Assembly (NCBI GenBank): GCA_030390025.1
Contig: CM059441.1
Span: 23,622,001-23,686,000 of the forward strand
From: Squalus acanthias
Taxonomy: Eukaryota
Length of the DNA: 64,000 nucleotides
Reading direction: 5' to 3'
Numbering within the stretch: the stretch's first letter is position 1; each line of letters begins with the position of its first letter. The notes beneath the pieces were generated by a model. It ran no database searches. It was not told the DNA's origin and worked only from the letters and a program-made list of their open reading frames with translations. This document shows, piece after piece, positions 24,359 through 37,787 of this stretch. The translations under genes were made by a program, and so were the position numbers.

Positions 24359-24611
24359 AATTAATTCTAATTAAACCACAAGAGCATGGCTCACAAAGAG
24401 TAAAAAGCAGTTGTATGGGGTGTTGCTGATGTCTCCATGACTTGGAACATGAGAGGCGAGCCCTTATTTGAATTGTAAGAGCACATGCATTATCTCATTT
24501 AGGGTACATAATGTACAGTTACCTTAAGTGCTGGTGAGGCAGCTTTTCTTGGCGAGATTGTTAACATCAACACACCACTGGACAGGATGGTTTCAGGATC
24601 CGTCAGAAGAG

Positions 24612-25985
24612 ATGACATCAGTTGTAGGCAAAATGCTGGAATCTATTATTAAGGACGTGGTAACAGGGCACTTAGAAAATAATAATAGGGTTAGGCAATC
24701 AACACGGATTTATGAAAGGGAAATCGTGCTTGGTGAATCTGTTAGAGTTTTTTGAGGTTGTAACTAGCAAAATAGATAAGGGGAAACCAGTGTATTTGGA
24801 CTTTCAGAAGGCATTCAATAAGGTGCCACACAAGAGGTTATTAAACATAATTAGGGCTCATGCGATTGGGGGTAATATACTAGCATGGATTGAGGATTGG
24901 TTAACGGACAGAAAACAGAGAGTAGGAATAAACGGGTTTTCGGGTTGGCAGGCTGTAACTAGTGGGGTACCGCAAGGATCAGCGCTTGGGCCTCAGCTAT
25001 TCACAATCTATATCAATGATTTGGATGAGGGGACCAAATGTAATATATCCAAGTTTGCTGATGATACAAAGCTAGGTGGGAATGTAAGTTGTGAGGAGGC
25101 TGCAAGGAGGCTTCAAGGGGATATAGACAGGCTAAGTGAGTGGGCAAGAACATGGCAAATAGAATATAATGTGGAGAAATGTGAAGTTATCCACTTTGGT
25201 AGGAAAAATAGAAAAGCAGAGTATTTTTTAAATGGTGAGAGATTGGGAAATGTTGGTGTTCAGAGGGACCTGGGTGTCCTTGTACACGAATCACTGAAAG
25301 TTAACATGCTGGTACAGCAAGCAATTAGGAAAGCAAATGGTATGTTGGCCTTTATTACAAGAGAATTTGAGTATAAGAGTAAAGACGTCTTACTGCAATT
25401 ATATAGGGCCCTGGTGAGACCACACCTGGAGTATTGTGTACAGTTTTGGTCTCCTTACCTAAGGAAGAATATACTTGCCATAGAGGGAGTGCAACAAAGG
25501 TTCACCAGATTGGTTCCTGGGATGGGGGAATTGTCCTATGAGGAGAGATTGAGTAGACTAGGCCTATATTCTCTAGAGTTTAGAAGAATGAGAGGTGATC
25601 TCATTGAAACATACAAAATTCTTACAGGACTTGACAGGGTAGATGCAGGGAGGAGGTTTCCCCTGGTTGGGGAGTCTAGAACCAGGGGTCACAGTCTCAG
25701 AATAAGGGGGTCGGCCATTAGGACTGAGATGAGGAGAAATTTCATCACTCAGAGGGTGGTTAATCTTTGGAATTCTCTACCCCAGAGGGCTGTGGAGGCT
25801 CAGTCGTTGAGTATATTCAAGACAGAGATCGATAGATTTTTGAATATTAAGGGAATCAAGGGATATGGGAATAGTGCAGGAAAGTGGAGATGAGGTAGAA
25901 GATCAGCCATGATCTTATTGAATGGAGGAGTAGGCTCAAAGGGCCAAATGGCCTACTCCTGCTCCTATTTCTTATGTTCTTATGT
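24612..25985 (+). mobile_element. CR1 LINE, 5'-truncated, about 1.4 kb
   Basis: Contains the RT ORF; ends in (TTCTTATG)2 tail. Confidence 0.95.
24712..25893 (+). pseudogene. CR1 ORF2 reverse transcriptase remnant (393 aa, no EN, small in-frame deletions)
   Basis: YLDFQKAF, GVPQGSALGP, KFADDTK and LEYCVQFWSP motifs. Confidence 0.9.
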
Positions 25986-26394
25986 AGAAGAGAGCTTGTC
26001 TTTACCAGGACCTGTTCTCAGGAGGTAATCTCACCATCAAGGCCCCTTCCAAATATTAACCCGTTAGGAGGCAAATTTCCTGTGCGTTACTGTTAGTGCA
26101 CTGATTAATGCCTTTGTGTCCTTTTTGTGTTATTTTCTCACTGTCGTTGAACCACATTGACATGAATCTTGTCATTCATGGAAAATGACTTATGAAATAA
26201 TACTGGGCGGCCTGCTGGTGGCGCTGTCCAGGGAGAGTATAAATACTCGGGCATGGGCCCAGCTTGCGCAGGACATTCTTAACAGGAACTAGTAAAGGAC
26301 ACAACTAGACCTCCATGTTGTAAAACAGTTGGTTAAAGCTTTGTTTAACGCTTAGACCAAGTGCCTAGTAGTTTCCTTACGTCACACATATTTT

Positions 26395-26838
26395 AAAGAA
26401 TTTGTATTTATATATCGCTTTATCACATCTGCAGGACATCCCAAAATGCTTCACACCCAATGAATTTCTGTAGTCACTGCTGTTATGCAGACAAATGTGG
26501 CAGCCAGTATTGCATACAGCAAGATCCCACAAATAGGAACTTGCGATAAATGACCAATTGGTTGGCGAAGACACTGGGAGAGCTTCCTGTTAGTCAGGAG
26601 ACTCAAAGAACTCTGTACTCTTCTTTCAAAAAGTGCTGCGGGATCTTTTACGTTCACCTGAACAGGTAGGTCAGGCCTCACTTTAATATCTCAGCCAACG
26701 GATGTCTCCAGCAACTCCCTCAATACTGCACTGAATCATAGGCCTAGATTAGGTACTCAAGTCTCTGGAGTGGTAGCTTGAACCCACAACCTTCTGACTT
26801 AGAGGCGAGAATGTCATCAACTAAAGCCAAGCTGACAC
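26395..26838 (-). mobile_element. Older DeuSINE copy
   Basis: Diverged reverse complement of the Deu consensus. Confidence 0.7.
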
Positions 26839-27374
26839 TTGAACAGCGTATAGTGGAAATTAAACCCCTCAAACAATGTTAATAAATTATAATTGCCTAT
26901 TGTATTTTTCTACTTATATTTCTGGCTGCAGGAGTGCCTGTGTGAGGGAGTTGAATTAACACATGCACAATTGAAATGACACAACTGGTGAAGCACTCTG
27001 GATTAATGAACTCCACTGATACTAATTTGGTCCCTGCATGCTGTCAAGCTCAGTAAGTGTTTTTTTTCTCCCTTTAACGGTCTCTCAGTGCCATTGCGAT
27101 ATTCCCAGTTCGGAAGAGCTGGCAGGCAGCCTTACTCTCAGGCTTGAGGCCTCTACCTACACAGACCTATAACCATCAAACCCACTGGGTAGAGGTCAGG
27201 AACGATATTTACAATCAAAAAAGGAGTGAGACAGAGCACCGACCCCTTTAAACACGAGGAGCTGTGTTTATTACGAGTGAGATGCTGCAATTATGAATAA
27301 GCCAAAATGAGTGAGTCTCACTCCAGTTGAGTGTGATTTAGCAGGCCTGATAAACTTCTGCTAGGAGCTGGACT

Positions 27375-27590
27375 TCCTGGCCAACATTTGTCCTTCAACC
27401 AACATCACTAAAATAGATTATCTGGTCTTTTATCTCATTGCTGTTTGTGGGAGCTTGCTGTGTGCAAATTGTCTGCCATGTTTCCTACATTATAACAATG
27501 ACTATACTTCAAAACTATACTTCATTGGCTGTAGAGCGCTTTGGGATATTCTGAAAGGTGCTATATAAATGCAAGTCTGTCATTCTTTCT
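27375..27590 (+). mobile_element. DeuSINE 3' half
   Basis: CCTGGCCAACATTT...AAGGTGCTATATAAATGCAAG. Confidence 0.75.
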
Positions 27591-27784
27591 TTTTCTTTCT
27601 CTCTTTCTCTCTCTTTTTCTTTTTCCTTTACGCCTTCCTCCTGGGAAGAAAGCATCTAACTTCTGCTGAATACTTTCCTGTCATGGCACAACTATGATTA
27701 CCAGCTTGTTGTGTGTCCATTTCAATATATTGAAATGTAAATGCCATGGCTACTAGAGCAGGCTGAGTATTCTGCGATGAATTC

Positions 27785-28283
27785 CCAACCTCCTGACTCC
27801 CCAAAGCCTCTCCACCACCTACAAGGCACCAGTCAGGAGTGTGGTGGAATACTCTCCACTTGCCTGGATGAGTGTAGCTCCAACAACACTCAAGAAGCTC
27901 GACACCATCCAGGATAAAGTAGTCCACTTGATCAGCACTTCATCTACAAGCTTAAACATCCACTCCCTCCACCACCTGCGCACCATAGTTGCAATGTGTA
28001 CTATCTACAGGATGCACCAAGGCTTCTTTGGTAGCACCTCCCAAACCTACCCCCTCCACCACCTAGGACAAGGTCAAAAGGGTTAGGGAAGACCATCACC
28101 TCCAAGTCACATACCATCCTGACTTGGACACATATTGCTGTTTCTTCATCAACATCCTGGAACAATTGTGGGAGCACCTTCACCACCCGGTTCAAGAAGG
28201 CCCACCACCATCTTCTCAAGGGCAACTAGGGATGGACAATAAATGCCAGCCTTGCCAACAATGCCAAGAATTAATTAAAAAAA
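27785..28283 (+). mobile_element. CR1-group LINE family B 3' fragment (diverged)
   Basis: EYSPLAWMS...TLKKLDTIQDK motif. Confidence 0.8.
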
Positions 28284-29644
28284 GTGATGCATGTTTAAAG
28301 ATGGCCCTGGTATGAACACTCCAGCTGTTTTTAAGAGTGCTCTTGCGCTGTGTTAGTATGGCTGGGTCCCAATACGCATGTCTTGTGAAGCCAGCGGGAA
28401 GACAGTAGTAAACTTCAAAATTCTCGTCCTCACTATCAAATCCCTCCATTGGACATGCCCCACCCAACCTAGTGATCCCCTCCTCTCTTCATCCCAGCAT
28501 GTACCCCTCCATTCTCTTGCACCAGGATTCCCTTGTCCCCATTTCCTCTGCTTCTCCATTTCTGGCCTCTTATTCAGCCGCTTTGCTCCTGCCCTCTGAG
28601 AGTTCTCGCCAAGTTCCCTCCACACTGCTGCCTCCCTCCTGCTTTCCAACCCTCCTCAAAATTCTATTTTTAAGTCAACCATGCCTTTGGTCTCCAGTTC
28701 TAACCCTCTTCACTTCTTTTCCCCTTTCCCCCTTCCTGCTCACTGCCCATTGTCTTTTCCTCCTTCACAGGAAAATTTTTGAGACAGCTCCTTGCGCGCG
28801 AGGAGCGTGACAGGAATGTAAGTTGTTGCTGTTGTTAATTTGCCACGTTCACTAATGCCGGTGGCCAGGAAGCCTCGGGTCAGAGAGAGCATAAATAAAC
28901 TCTCACTAAGGCTGGTCTTCTTAGCTGCCCGGCTTAGGCAAGCTGGCAAGCCTGCTTTGTTATTGTGACCAGCTGTGCCAAACCTGCACATCGGGAGCCG
29001 GTGGGATCAGCATGAATAAGAGCCTGGCATTGATCACCTTTGGGGATCGGGGAGTAGTTATACAGAACTTTCCCGCAGGAGATTACATGAGTAAGGTAGA
29101 GTCTATGATGCGGTCAATGTTCCATGGCCTGTGGGTGGACTGGGTTTGGTCACCTGAATGGCCCCGTCTACATTCCCTGCTTACTGAGGTTCTGAACAAA
29201 TTCGAGCGTGCTGGTCTTACTGTAACAACAACTTGTATTTTTATAGTGTCTTTAACGTAGTAACCGCGCTCATCCATTCCAATGCTTGGCCTTGGCTTGT
29301 GTCGTGATACGCACATTTATTCTTCAGTTACTTTGTTCTGTCAGACGTTGTTTATACAACACATATTTGCATTATATCACTGCTTTGCACTCAATGGGGT
29401 TTTGTCTCTGCCACACCACCACCAGCCCTTTTTTTTGTGTGCTCCATTTTCCACTCTACTCTCCAGCAGAGATGACTCATACTGGGTACAGTAAAACAGG
29501 CACTGACCACCCATTAGTACCTCATTCAAAAGGCAATTCTTTATAGTGAGTATAACTGCCATGACTTAGAACTGGCAGCTCTTATAGGCTTAGAGGGACA
29601 CATTGTTCAGTTGGATAAAGGCTTGTAGGAGAGCATTAGTCAGC

Positions 29645-30152
29645 TTTTTTTTTGTTTGTTCATGGGCCCAGCAATTACTGCCCATCCCTAATTGCCCTTG
29701 AGAAGGTGGTGGTGAGCCACCTTCTTGAACGACTGCAGTCCATGAGGTAAAGGTACTCCCACAGTGCTGTTCTTATTATTTTTCGTAGCTGTTTGTTACA
29801 ACTGAGTGGCTTGCTAGGCCATTTCAGAGTGGCAGTTAAGAGTCAACCACCTTGCTGTGGATCTGGAGGCACATTTAGATCAGGCCAGGTGAGGACAGCA
29901 GATTTTCTTCCCTAAAGGACTTTAAGTGAACCAGATGGGTTTTTATGACAATCCGGTAGTTTCATGGTCACCATTACTGATACTAGCTTTTTATTCCAGA
30001 TTTATTTAATTAACTGAATTTAATTAAATAAAATAATTAACTGAACTTAATTAAATAAATCTGAACTGGGATTTGAACTCATATCTCAGTAGATCATAAG
30101 CCAGGCCTCTGGATTACTAGTCCAATAAAATAACCACTATGCTAGCGTCCCC
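29645..30152 (-). mobile_element. SINE family 2 (MetaSINE-like), near full length with LINE-B tail
   Basis: Reverse complement of the 14958 copy plus CCCATCCCTAATTGCCCTTGAGAAGG tail. Confidence 0.75.
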
Positions 30153-30709
30153 GCAGCTGGGTATAGGCTTGGAGGAACACATTATTCAGTTGGATCTACC
30201 TGTTAGATAACAATTAGCTCCTCCATCACATCACAAGTGAGAAGCTTGGTTGCTCACACCTTGTGTGATTTGAACCATGATCACAGTACTGGAGGATATC
30301 ACTACAAAATTCGCAAGCTTTGAGTCAGACTACAGATTAGAAGCCTTGTTTTCCCACATAATGGTAGACTTCCTTAAAAGATAGTTAATGGCATATCAGT
30401 GAACTCTATTAGAAAAGAGCCGGTCGATTATCCGAGTACAAAATAGATTGAATGTTATGGGGATGAGTATAGACAGAGATGATCTAATACTGTTCAGATC
30501 ACAATGGACTCAGTCCTATTGGGACCATGGAAATGTAATTTGTGGAATGGACTGGTCAGGGTTGAATAATGTCCTGGAGTTTAACACTCAATCACCTCTG
30601 TGGACCCAGAAGAAATTTCACAGCATTTCTCCTGTTGGAAATAGTGGCTGGGAAATTAAATAAATGAGAGAGAATCTATGACACCGTGTGCGGTATTTGG
30701 TCTGTTGGA

Positions 30710-31220
30710 AACACAGAATTTACGGCACAGAAACAGGCCATTCGGCCCAACTGGTCTATGCCAGTGTTCGAGCTCCACACGAGCCTCCATCCCACCCTAC
30801 TTCATCTCACCCTATCAACATATCCTACTATTCCTTTCTCCCTCATTGACTTATGTAACTTCCCCTTAAAGGCATCTGTACTCATCGCCTCAACCACTCC
30901 CTGTGGTAGCGAGTTCCACATTCTCACCACTCTCTGGGTAAAGAAGTTTCTCCTGAAATCCCTATTGGATTTATTCGTGACTATCTTACATTTATGACCC
31001 CTAATTTTGGACTCCCCACAAGTGGAAACATCTTCTTTACGTCTACCCTATCAAACCCTTTCATAATCTTAAAGACCTCTATCAGGTCACCCCTCAGTCT
31101 TCTCTTTTCTAGAGAAAAGAGCCCCAGCCTGTTCAGCTTTTTCTGATAAGTATATCCTCTCAGTTCTGGTATCATCCTTGCAAATCTTTCTTGGACCATA
31201 TCCAGTGCCTCTATATCCTC
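30710..31220 (-). mobile_element. CR1 LINE 3' fragment
   Basis: LGLFSLEKRRLRGDLIEVFKIMKG. Confidence 0.85.
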
Positions 31221-31711
31221 GAATTCTAACCATCACCTTGACCCTATGAGTGTATTACATTAAAATCTCACCCTAATATTTTCAATTAGGTTCTGGGATG
31301 GGTGGAGATGAAAACTGCTTTGGGTTGAGAGGCGCTCCAATGTGACCCTTTGTCCCCTCTGTTTTACATAGGCGGGTTCCATCAGAGTACATACACCCAG
31401 CCATATACCAGCAGGCACATGTAAAGATTGTACAAATGAGGGAAACACAGCCCCTCGCCCTTTGAACGCGGGAGGCTTGTTCGACCCCAGCATCCGACAT
31501 TTCGATGTCAGTGGAGGGGGATCTTGGGACAACAAGCAGAAGGGTCCGTGCAAGCGCCATGCACAGGCCCCACTCAGAGCAGGGAACCTTGTCAGAAGGA
31601 AGAAATAAATTTCACAGAAACAGAGTGCCAGCTACCCCTCTCTCGCTGAGGCACGCTGCAGTATGTTTCCATATACGGACTGGTCCAACTCCCCAGTGGG
31701 GGCCAGCGGTT

Positions 31712-32340
31712 GCATAGACTAGGCTTGTATTCCCTTGAGTATCGAAGATTAAGCGGTGATCTAATTGAAGTGTTTAAGATGATTAAAGGAGTTGATAGGG
31801 TAGATCGAGAGAAACTATTTCCTCTGGTGCGGGGGGGAGTCCAGAACAAGGGGGCCTAACCTTAAAATTAGAGCCAGGCCGTTCAGGGGTGATGTCAGGG
31901 ATTCTGGGGAATCTCTTCTTTTTAATTCTTCTCTATATAAAAATCTTCAGTGACACTTTTGAAAAAAAAAGTCACAAATACAAAGAAGCAGGAGGTTTTA
32001 CTTTCCTTTGGGAACAGCCACTCCCGTAATGCCCATAATCTTGTGTCTCTGGTGCTCTAACAAATTAGAGCCAGGCCGTTCAGGGGTGATGTCGGGAAGC
32101 ACTTCTTCACACAAAGGGGGGTGGAAATCTGAAACTCTCTCCCCCCAAAAAGCTGTTGAAGCTGGGGCGGGTGGTCAATTGAAAATTTCAAAACTGAGAT
32201 TGATCGATTTTTGTTGGGTAAGGGTATTAAGGGATATGGGACCAACCCAGGTAAATGGAGTTAAGATACAGATCAGCCGTGATCTAATTGAATGATGGAA
32301 CAGGCTCGAGGGGCTGAATGGCCTCCTCCTGTTCCTATGG
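31712..32340 (+). mobile_element. CR1 LINE 3' fragment with 165-bp filler between 32-bp direct repeats
   Basis: AAATTAGAGCCAGGCCGTTCAGGGGTGATGTC at 31865-31896 and 32062-32093. Confidence 0.8.
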
Positions 32341-32714
32341 TAATGATCCTGGGGCTCAAAATATGTCTGGGTCAGAGGGGCATTTCCGCGGCAGGTGGAA
32401 GTCTCACCTCACTGGAATTGTGCCCCAATTAAGGGATGGGAGGGGAGTTGGTGTGGGAAGCCTAGGCCGGTGTGTCTTGCAGCTGTGTTTGTTGTAACAG
32501 GATACAAGAGTTTGCAGCACTGCCTCTGGTAAGAATAACAAACCTTCTTGTAATGCTGATTTTTAGAGGTTATAATGTCATTCTGTGGAACAATTAAGAA
32601 CAGCCGGCATTACCATTACCAACTTAAAGACATTTTTGGTACATGGGGTGCAGGTCTCATCGAAAACATTCGTGCTAGCCGTGGCCCCATGGGCAAACCC
32701 ATTATGCTGCATGT

Positions 32715-33035
32715 TTTTTTTATTCGTTTATGGGATGTGGGCATCACTGGCAAGGCCAGCATTTATTGACCATCCCGAATTGCCCTTGAGAAGGTGGAGG
32801 TGAGCCGCCTTCTTGAACCGCTGCAGTCTGTGTGGTGAAGGTGCTCCCACTGTGCTGTTAGGGAGGGAGTTCCAGGATTTTGACCCAGCGACGCTGAAGG
32901 AACGGCCGATATATTTCCAAGTCAGGACGGTGTGTGACTTGGAGGGGAACTTGGAGGTGGTGGTGTTCCCATGCGCCTGCTGCCCTTGTCCTTCTAGGTG
33001 GAAGAGGTCGCGGGTTTGGGAGGGGCTGCCGAAGA
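32715..33035 (-). mobile_element. CR1-group LINE family B 3' end
   Basis: Near-identical to 7505-7820. Confidence 0.85.
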
Positions 33036-34119
33036 AAGTACCGGTAGTACCAGTTACGCCTGCAGGTGGCACTATTATAGGAGTTTTCAATATGAAGATG
33101 TCACACCTTGTCAGTCATACACCGCACCTTGCAATCCACACAGCAACAATGGTCGGATTTTAAATCTTACTGGCACAATGTTATTTCTCTCAAAGGTTTG
33201 TTGGCTTTGCACACCTGCTGTTTAAAAATAAATGAGCCTTTCAGAAAATCAGTTGAAGTAGAAGCAGATTTAATTTTGCACGGATTACTTGCTATCTAAA
33301 AATAAGTTAGCCTCAGTGAACTGTAAAGACCCATGTCTCCACAACCTGATGTAAAACTGGCTGAGGTGAAAGAGTCAAGTAAACTCAGTTAATTGTTTGC
33401 CATCTGCATTCATGGGTCGTGAATCAGGTGCTGAACTCCGTCTCTTTGGTTTTTAGCAGACTTCGCAGCTGTGTAAACGCTGAAACACGTGCTCGCCTAA
33501 TTACTCGCCCTTCCCAGTCCCCTCCTTTCCAAGTCAGCACCAGCCATCTGCACCCTCTCCTATTATGAGTGGGCCTTTCTCAAGTGAAATTAGGGATGGG
33601 CAATAAATGCTGGCCTTGTCAGCGATGCCCACATCCCAGGAACAAATAAAGAAAAAAACTACGGGTCATAGTGTGGCCCCCTCCCCCAAACAGAATTCCC
33701 AGCCCCCTAACCCGCTCAAAACTGGGCTGCCCCTCCCTGCTGAGTAACTTTCCCTGCCTTTGGTCACCCTGTCCACATCTCTTTTCCACTCCTCTCCTGC
33801 CCCACCCCCTTCCCCATCCGCCACCTCGCGTCTTCCTCCTTCTTCGCTCTATTTCCCCTCCCCTCTTCCCTCACTCACCCCACGCCTGGCCCCTCTTCTC
33901 CATCCTCACCTCCACTCTTCCCCGCTTCTGCCCTCATTGCCTTCTAAGCCTGCTCTTGGTCTTCACTTCCCCATGTTTAATTATTCCCTTGCCCTTTAAT
34001 CCAGCTCCACTCCCCATGAGCAACTCCACAGGACATGAACGAGTATATACTGTGGAGTTGACGGGGGAGGGGGGACTCTATGTTGTTTATGCTGGCAGTG
34101 GGTGTTGTATTAGAGGTCG

Positions 34120-34470
34120 AAGGTCAGAGATCTCCTTGCAGTTGATGTGATGGTACCCTCACAATTCCTCCCTCCCAGCCATTGCTCTTCAAGTTTCCCC
34201 CCAAGTGGTTATTGTTTACGTGTGAGCCTGGACAGTCAGTGTCCATTGGCTATTTAACTACGGGAGGATCTCGGTTGAGCCAGCTCTGTCCTTTCTCAAT
34301 CCCGATGCATTTTCCAGCAGGGGTTCAGTCGACATCAATTAGGCAGACAAATCTTGGCTGATTTTAGTTTTTTCCTTTCTCTCCCTCAGCCAGGAGCCGC
34401 GAGGTTAACTGTCATACCCCTCCCGCTGCTGAGATCAGCTACTTCAACAGGGAGTAGGGATCTGCTCTCA
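34120..34470 (-). mobile_element. Ancient SINE-like repeat (family 3); related copies near 4930-5140, 43070-43430, 44400-44580+45430-45600 and 51060-51430
   Basis: Recurring degenerate motifs GTGAGCCTGGACAGT..TGT, TTTCCAGCAGGGGT, CTGGCTGATTTT and CTGAGATCAGC. Confidence 0.5.
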
Positions 34471-34586
34471 GTCCTGACCTGGTGTCCATAAATGTTCAGT
34501 TTCCAGTCAGAGAGCACTGGTTAGCCATCTGGAGCACGAACCTGAGCTGGAACCAGACCCTCCTGAGCCCAGGAATCTGAGATTAA

Positions 34587-35075
34587 TCAACAACAACTTG
34601 CATTTATATAGCACCTTTACCGCAGTGAAACATCCCAAGGCACTTCACAGGAGCGATTATCAAACAAAATTTGACACCGAGCCACATAAGGAGATATTAG
34701 GACAGGTGACCAAAAGCTTGGTCAAAGAGGTAGGTTTTGAGGAGCATCTTAAAGGAGGAGAGAGAGGCAGAGAGGTTTAGGGAGGGAATTCCAGAGCTTA
34801 GGGCCCAGGCAGCTGAAGGCACGGCCACCAATGGTTGGGCGATTAAAATCGGGGATGCGCAAGAGGTCAGAATTGGAGGAGCGCAGAGATCACGAAGAGT
34901 TGTAGGGCTGGAGGAGGTTACAGAGATAGGGAGGGACGAGGCCATGGAGGGATTTGAAAACAAGGATGAGATTGAGGCATTGCCAGATAGGGGGCCAATG
35001 TAGGTCAGTGAGCACATGGGTGATGGTTGAACGGGACTTGGCGCGAGTTAGGATACGGGCAGCCGAGTTTTGGAT
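34587..35075 (-). mobile_element. L2 LINE 3' end
   Basis: Reverse complement of the 2418-3000 family with (CAA)n tail. Confidence 0.85.
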
Positions 35076-35721
35076 CGTAGCCCTCAACCATCACCCCAGC
35101 TGAAACCAGCTACTTCACCACAGAAAGGGATCAAAACTAATCTATAGCGCTTTAGCTACTGAACCAGCTGTGCCGTTGGTGGGGTGTCCTTCTGCCTTCA
35201 CGGAGTGGGAGCGTGTCAACGTAATGCTAAGTGACAATCACACGCAATCTGACTCCAGTTCTTTCTGCGGCTCAGCAGGTCGTACACACTGTTCTGCATG
35301 AGGGAGAATGTCATGGATGTGCCACAATTAAATGGAAAACTTTATGAGGTAGCGTACAGTCCAATACAAGCCTGGACAGATGCCAAGACCATGGTCCAAC
35401 GTGTTTATGCAGCAACAAAGGATAATTCCAGGCACCCTGGCTCATCAGATTAGGCTTTTTTTCCCCACCCATTTTTACCTGTTCAAAGTTAAAGTGAAAT
35501 ACTGTCCTGGTAAAGACAAAGAGCCAAGGGGAAACCAGAGGTTATTAGGGAGGCCCTGGATTTGCCCACTTTAGCTACTTTTACTATTTGCTCAACTATT
35601 TTCTCCTATTCGAAAGATCGCAACCACTTGTTTTCGCCTAATCCTCCCTTGGAGTGGGGGGGGGGAGGGGGGGGAGGGGGGCAGTAGAATGATTCCTGTG
35701 AGTCTCCACGCAGTGGGTTTG

Positions 35722-35890
35722 ATTCACAGAATCACAGAATCCCCACAGTGCAGATAGAGGCCATTTCGGCCCATCGAGCCTGCACCGACACATATCCCAC
35801 CCTATCCCCGTAACCCCACGTATTTAATCCCCCCTAACACTAAAGGTCAATTTATCATAGCCAAATCAACCTAACCCGCACATCTTTGGA
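35722..35890 (-). mobile_element. HE1/V-SINE-like 3' fragment with CR1-type tail
   Basis: Minus strand TCCAAAGATGTGCGGGTTAGGTTGATTTGGCTA... ending in GGCCGAAATGGCC and (ATTCTGTG)n. Confidence 0.6.
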
Positions 35891-36404
35891 TTCCTTTGGG
35901 AAAAAGAGGCAGGAGGTCAACCCTGTTAAAAAGCTCTTTGAGTCGCCTTCCTGCTTGCCAGGAACACTATATAAATGTAAATTGTCTTCTGTGCACTAAT
36001 GTAATATGGAATAGAATCATACACTCGTTCTTTATAAATGGGCGGCTGATTCTATTGCACACAGGGCACAGAGGACATCTTCACCCCTTGTTTCTACTGT
36101 CTGCTTCAATTGCCTAGCTTGGGAAATTATTCCACAAGACTTCGTGGAAAAGAAGTTTTGCCTGATTTCTCTCTTTAGCTCCTGTCCTCCTCATTTTTAA
36201 CTTACGCCCCCTAGTATTTGCCTTAGACAACAGTGTCAGTCCCCGTCGTAAATCATGAGGGCTTCTATTCGATCACCACGTTGTTTCCTCGCTCCCAAAC
36301 AAGACAAGCTCGCCGTGAGGAGAATCGCGGCGCTGAAGGGTGTTTGCAACCCCCTTCACCATCTCCCCTGGTGTCACTGCTTGTTTGACTTTCTCTCCTC
36401 TCCT

Positions 36405-36690
36405 CGTTAAGTGCGAGGGACCCAAGGAAATGGTTCCCAGCAAGGTATGTAAAGCGCTGGGGGGAGCGGGAGGTGGGGGGTGGTGGGGCGGAGAGGACGG
36501 CCCGAGGTGATCGCGGGAAGCCCGGAGCAGGGAAGGCCCGTGGCTTCCTTGAAGGGGGGCATTTGAGAACCAATTCTGTGTCCCCTGGTCCACAAGGAAA
36601 CCTTTAAAAATGAAATGGACTTTCCTTTTCATGAGGCCCCTCTTCTGGGCCTACTGCTCCTCGGCGCCAGGTTTACCTGACCCCTAACCT
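36405..36690 (-). mobile_element. Partial inverted copy of the 38758-39406 MITE
   Basis: Reverse-complement match (AAAGGAAAGTCCATTT, CCTTGTGGACCAGG, CTTCCCGCGATCACC). Confidence 0.7.
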
Positions 36691-36789
36691 GTGCTGACAC
36701 ACATTTCCATTGCCCCCTGGCCCCCAATTTTGATCACAAGGCCATTCTTCCTTTGAACGAAGGGCTTGCGTTTTCACTGGCGATGGTGA

Positions 36790-37180
36790 CTGAGGGGTGA
36801 CCTAATAGAGGTCTTTAAAATTATGAAAGGTTTTGATAGAGTGGATACAGAGAGAATGTTTCCACTTGTGGGGAAGAGCATAACTAGAGGCCATCAATAT
36901 AAGATAGTCACCAAGAAATCCAATGGGGAATTCAGAAGAAACTTCTTTACCCAGAGAGTGGTGAGAATGTGGAACTCGCTACCACAGGGAGTGGTTGAAG
37001 CGAATAGTATAGATACATTTAAGGGGAGGCTAGACAAACATAAGAGGGAGAAGGGAATAGAGGGTTATGCTGATAGAGTTAGATGAGGAAAGACGGGAGG
37101 AGGCTCGAGTGGAGCATAAACGCCGGCATGGACTGGTTGGGCCGAATGGCCTGTTTCTGTGCCGTATATCCTATGTAATC
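36790..37180 (+). mobile_element. CR1 LINE 3' end (young)
   Basis: ORF 36823-37086 differs from 15421-15684 at only a few residues. Confidence 0.9.
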
Positions 37181-37339
37181 CAATCCTCGTCCCAATGCCT
37201 ATGTGGCGTGGCTTCCTGGCTGCTGTAAGTGGACAGGATGCCCAGGGATGCAGAAGCCAAATATAACCCTTGCCCTGAGTGAGATCAGCGAGGGAAGAAA
37301 CATGTGACCTTCCCGAACGTCATGGCTCAGGACCACACC

Positions 37340-37787
37340 ACATAAGAACATAAGAAATAGGAGTAGGAGTCGGCCACACGGCCCCTCGAGGCTGCTCCAC
37401 CATTCAATAAGATCATGGCTGATCTTCGACCTCAACTCCACTTTCCCACCCAATCCCCCATATACCTTGATTCCCCTAGAGTCCGAAAATTTCTATCTCA
37501 GCCTTGAATATACTCAAAGACTCAGCATCCACAGCCCTCTGGGGCAGAGACTTCCAAAGATTCACAACCCTCTGAGTGAAGAAATTCCTCCTCATCTCGG
37601 TCTTAAATGGCCGACCCCTTATTCCGAGACTATGCCCCCTAGTTCTAGACACTCCAGTCAGGGGAAACAGCCTCTCAGCATCTACCCTGTCAATCTCCCT
37701 CAGAGTCCTATATGTTTCAATGAGATCACCTCTCATTCTTCTAAATTCCAGAGAGTGTAGGCCCACTCTACTCAATCTCTCCTCATA
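37340..37787 (-). mobile_element. CR1 LINE 3' end
   Basis: YEERLSRVGLHSLEFRRMRGDLIE; (CATAAGAA)2 tail. Confidence 0.9.

Noticed and set aside
24712-25893. Domesticated or retron-like standalone RT gene
   Set aside because: 5'-truncated CR1 with an intact 3' tail, deletions in conserved regions and near-identical fragments elsewhere in the window
33671-34150. 159-aa Pro/Leu-rich ORF
   Set aside because: C/T-rich low-complexity tract; no domain recognised
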